Part shown: piece by piece, positions 62,721 to 64,000 of the stretch
Layout: each line of letters begins with the position of its first letter
Numbering within the stretch: the stretch's first letter is position 1
NCBI RefSeq assembly: GCF_001194135.2
Contig: NC_068986.1
Location: forward strand, 98,486,957-98,550,956
Length of the DNA stretch: 64,000 nt
DNA from: Octopus bimaculoides
Lineage: Eukaryota
Direction of reading: 5' to 3'
Notes under the pieces: generated by a model
Seen by the model: the letters and a program-made list of their open reading frames with translations, nothing else
The model's database searches: none
Told to the model about the DNA's origin: nothing
Position numbers and translations under genes: made by a program

Positions 62721-64000
62721 CCATAGCTGTGTGATAGAACATGGAACTGCATTTCTGTCAATAGATATTATTAAACAGTGACTACGTTTGCTCCGATATG
62801 GCATTTGATTTCAGCCAATGAAGAAATACAGTAAACAGATTTGGACATATAAAGCTATGAGATAAGATATGAAGCAATGGTTTTAATTTATATTTCTATG
62901 ACTCAGATAAAAAAAAAACGTTTCGTGACAGGTATAAATCGTATGATAAAACAAATCTGTGTGAATGGTTGCGCGTGTGTGTGTGTGTGTGTATGTGTGT
63001 GTGTGTGTGTCTGTGTGTGTGTGTGTATGTATGTGTAATTGTGCTTGTATTTGTGTGTTTGCAGGCGTGTCCCTATGTGAGTATGTATGTGTGTGTCTAT
63101 CTGTGCATATATGCATGCATGCAAATGTACAGGTTATGGCACTAGTCGTCGTCGTTGGGCTTCTATGAATAACTTAACTTGTAAACGTCTTGCGGATAAA
63201 ATTTCATCATTTGAATACGTATGCTATAATATTTGCTAATGAACGTCTCTAATCACCTAAAGCATAAATTACAGTTTGTGTAGTATCCCATTTTGAAAGA
63301 CATATCTGTCATTCACTCATCACTATGGTTAATAGAGATACACATTAGATCTTATGAATCAATTTACTTCCAAAATGCTTCATTATGTACATACTGATGT
63401 AATTAATTCATGCATTAATGTAATGTTCAACCAATATTGGAATAGCGGAATTCATCTATATAAATGAATATGAATCGAATATGTATGATTCGAAGAGCAG
63501 TAAATATTGTTGAGTTTTAAAACAGGATATAGGAAGACTCCGAATCACAAACGAAAAATCATTGATTACATACAGTTAGGGAATCAGTTTAAACTTCCGT
63601 TTGATGGCGTTTCTAATCGTGAATTCTGAAAATGAAACACAAAGAATACATTACGCTGAGAGGAGAAGAATAGTTTAAATTTCTAAATATTAATAAAACA
63701 TGTGCTAATTAACAGTATGCAGTCAAAACACTCGGAAATTTGGATATGACTTAGAGCATTGAAGATAATCATGACGGAACCTCGAAGCTTCTCTGTAATT
63801 ACACCAACTTCTACAGATTAACCTCTGGTAAAACATTTGCTTATACGATTAAGATAATCGTTGTGTAACCATGCAGTTCCAGCTAGGTTCTCATAGTGTC
63901 GGATTGAAAAATACCTTGGCATTGAATATTGTGTGAAAACATGTGAGCGGAATCCCATCTGATACACACACGCACACACACACACACACACAGAGTCACG

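Overview
AT-rich, microsatellite-saturated eukaryotic DNA from a gapped draft assembly with about 20 N-gaps. The repeat types point to an animal, most likely an octopus; that is an inference from the SINE and LINE types and the simple-repeat load. I can support no host protein-coding gene, rRNA, true tRNA gene or CRISPR array. Almost every ORF in the track is an artefact of microsatellites or N-runs. The window is a mosaic of decayed transposable elements: Penelope-like elements (PLEs) of at least three types, R4/Dong-type LINE fragments stacked in (AAT)n tracts, CR1-like and RTE-like LINE pieces, two mariner copies, Tigger/pogo fragments, several tRNA-derived SINE families and a possible solo LTR. 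The most interesting feature is a near-complete Penelope element at 41844-44748. Its direct terminal repeats (pLTRs) consist of a tRNA-like Pol III head, an (AAT)n tract and a minimal hammerhead ribozyme. Its sense strand has only one TTTT run in about 2.9 kb, and the same terminal unit occurs alone at 26252-26528 with an inverted tail. Other notable items: several further hammerhead-like motifs, a PLE with a twin-priming-like inversion (about 8.0-9.5 kb), a spacerless 224-bp palindrome (59445-59668) and a roughly 1-kb foldback (19819-20878). All analysis was done by eye, so element boundaries may be off by tens of bases.
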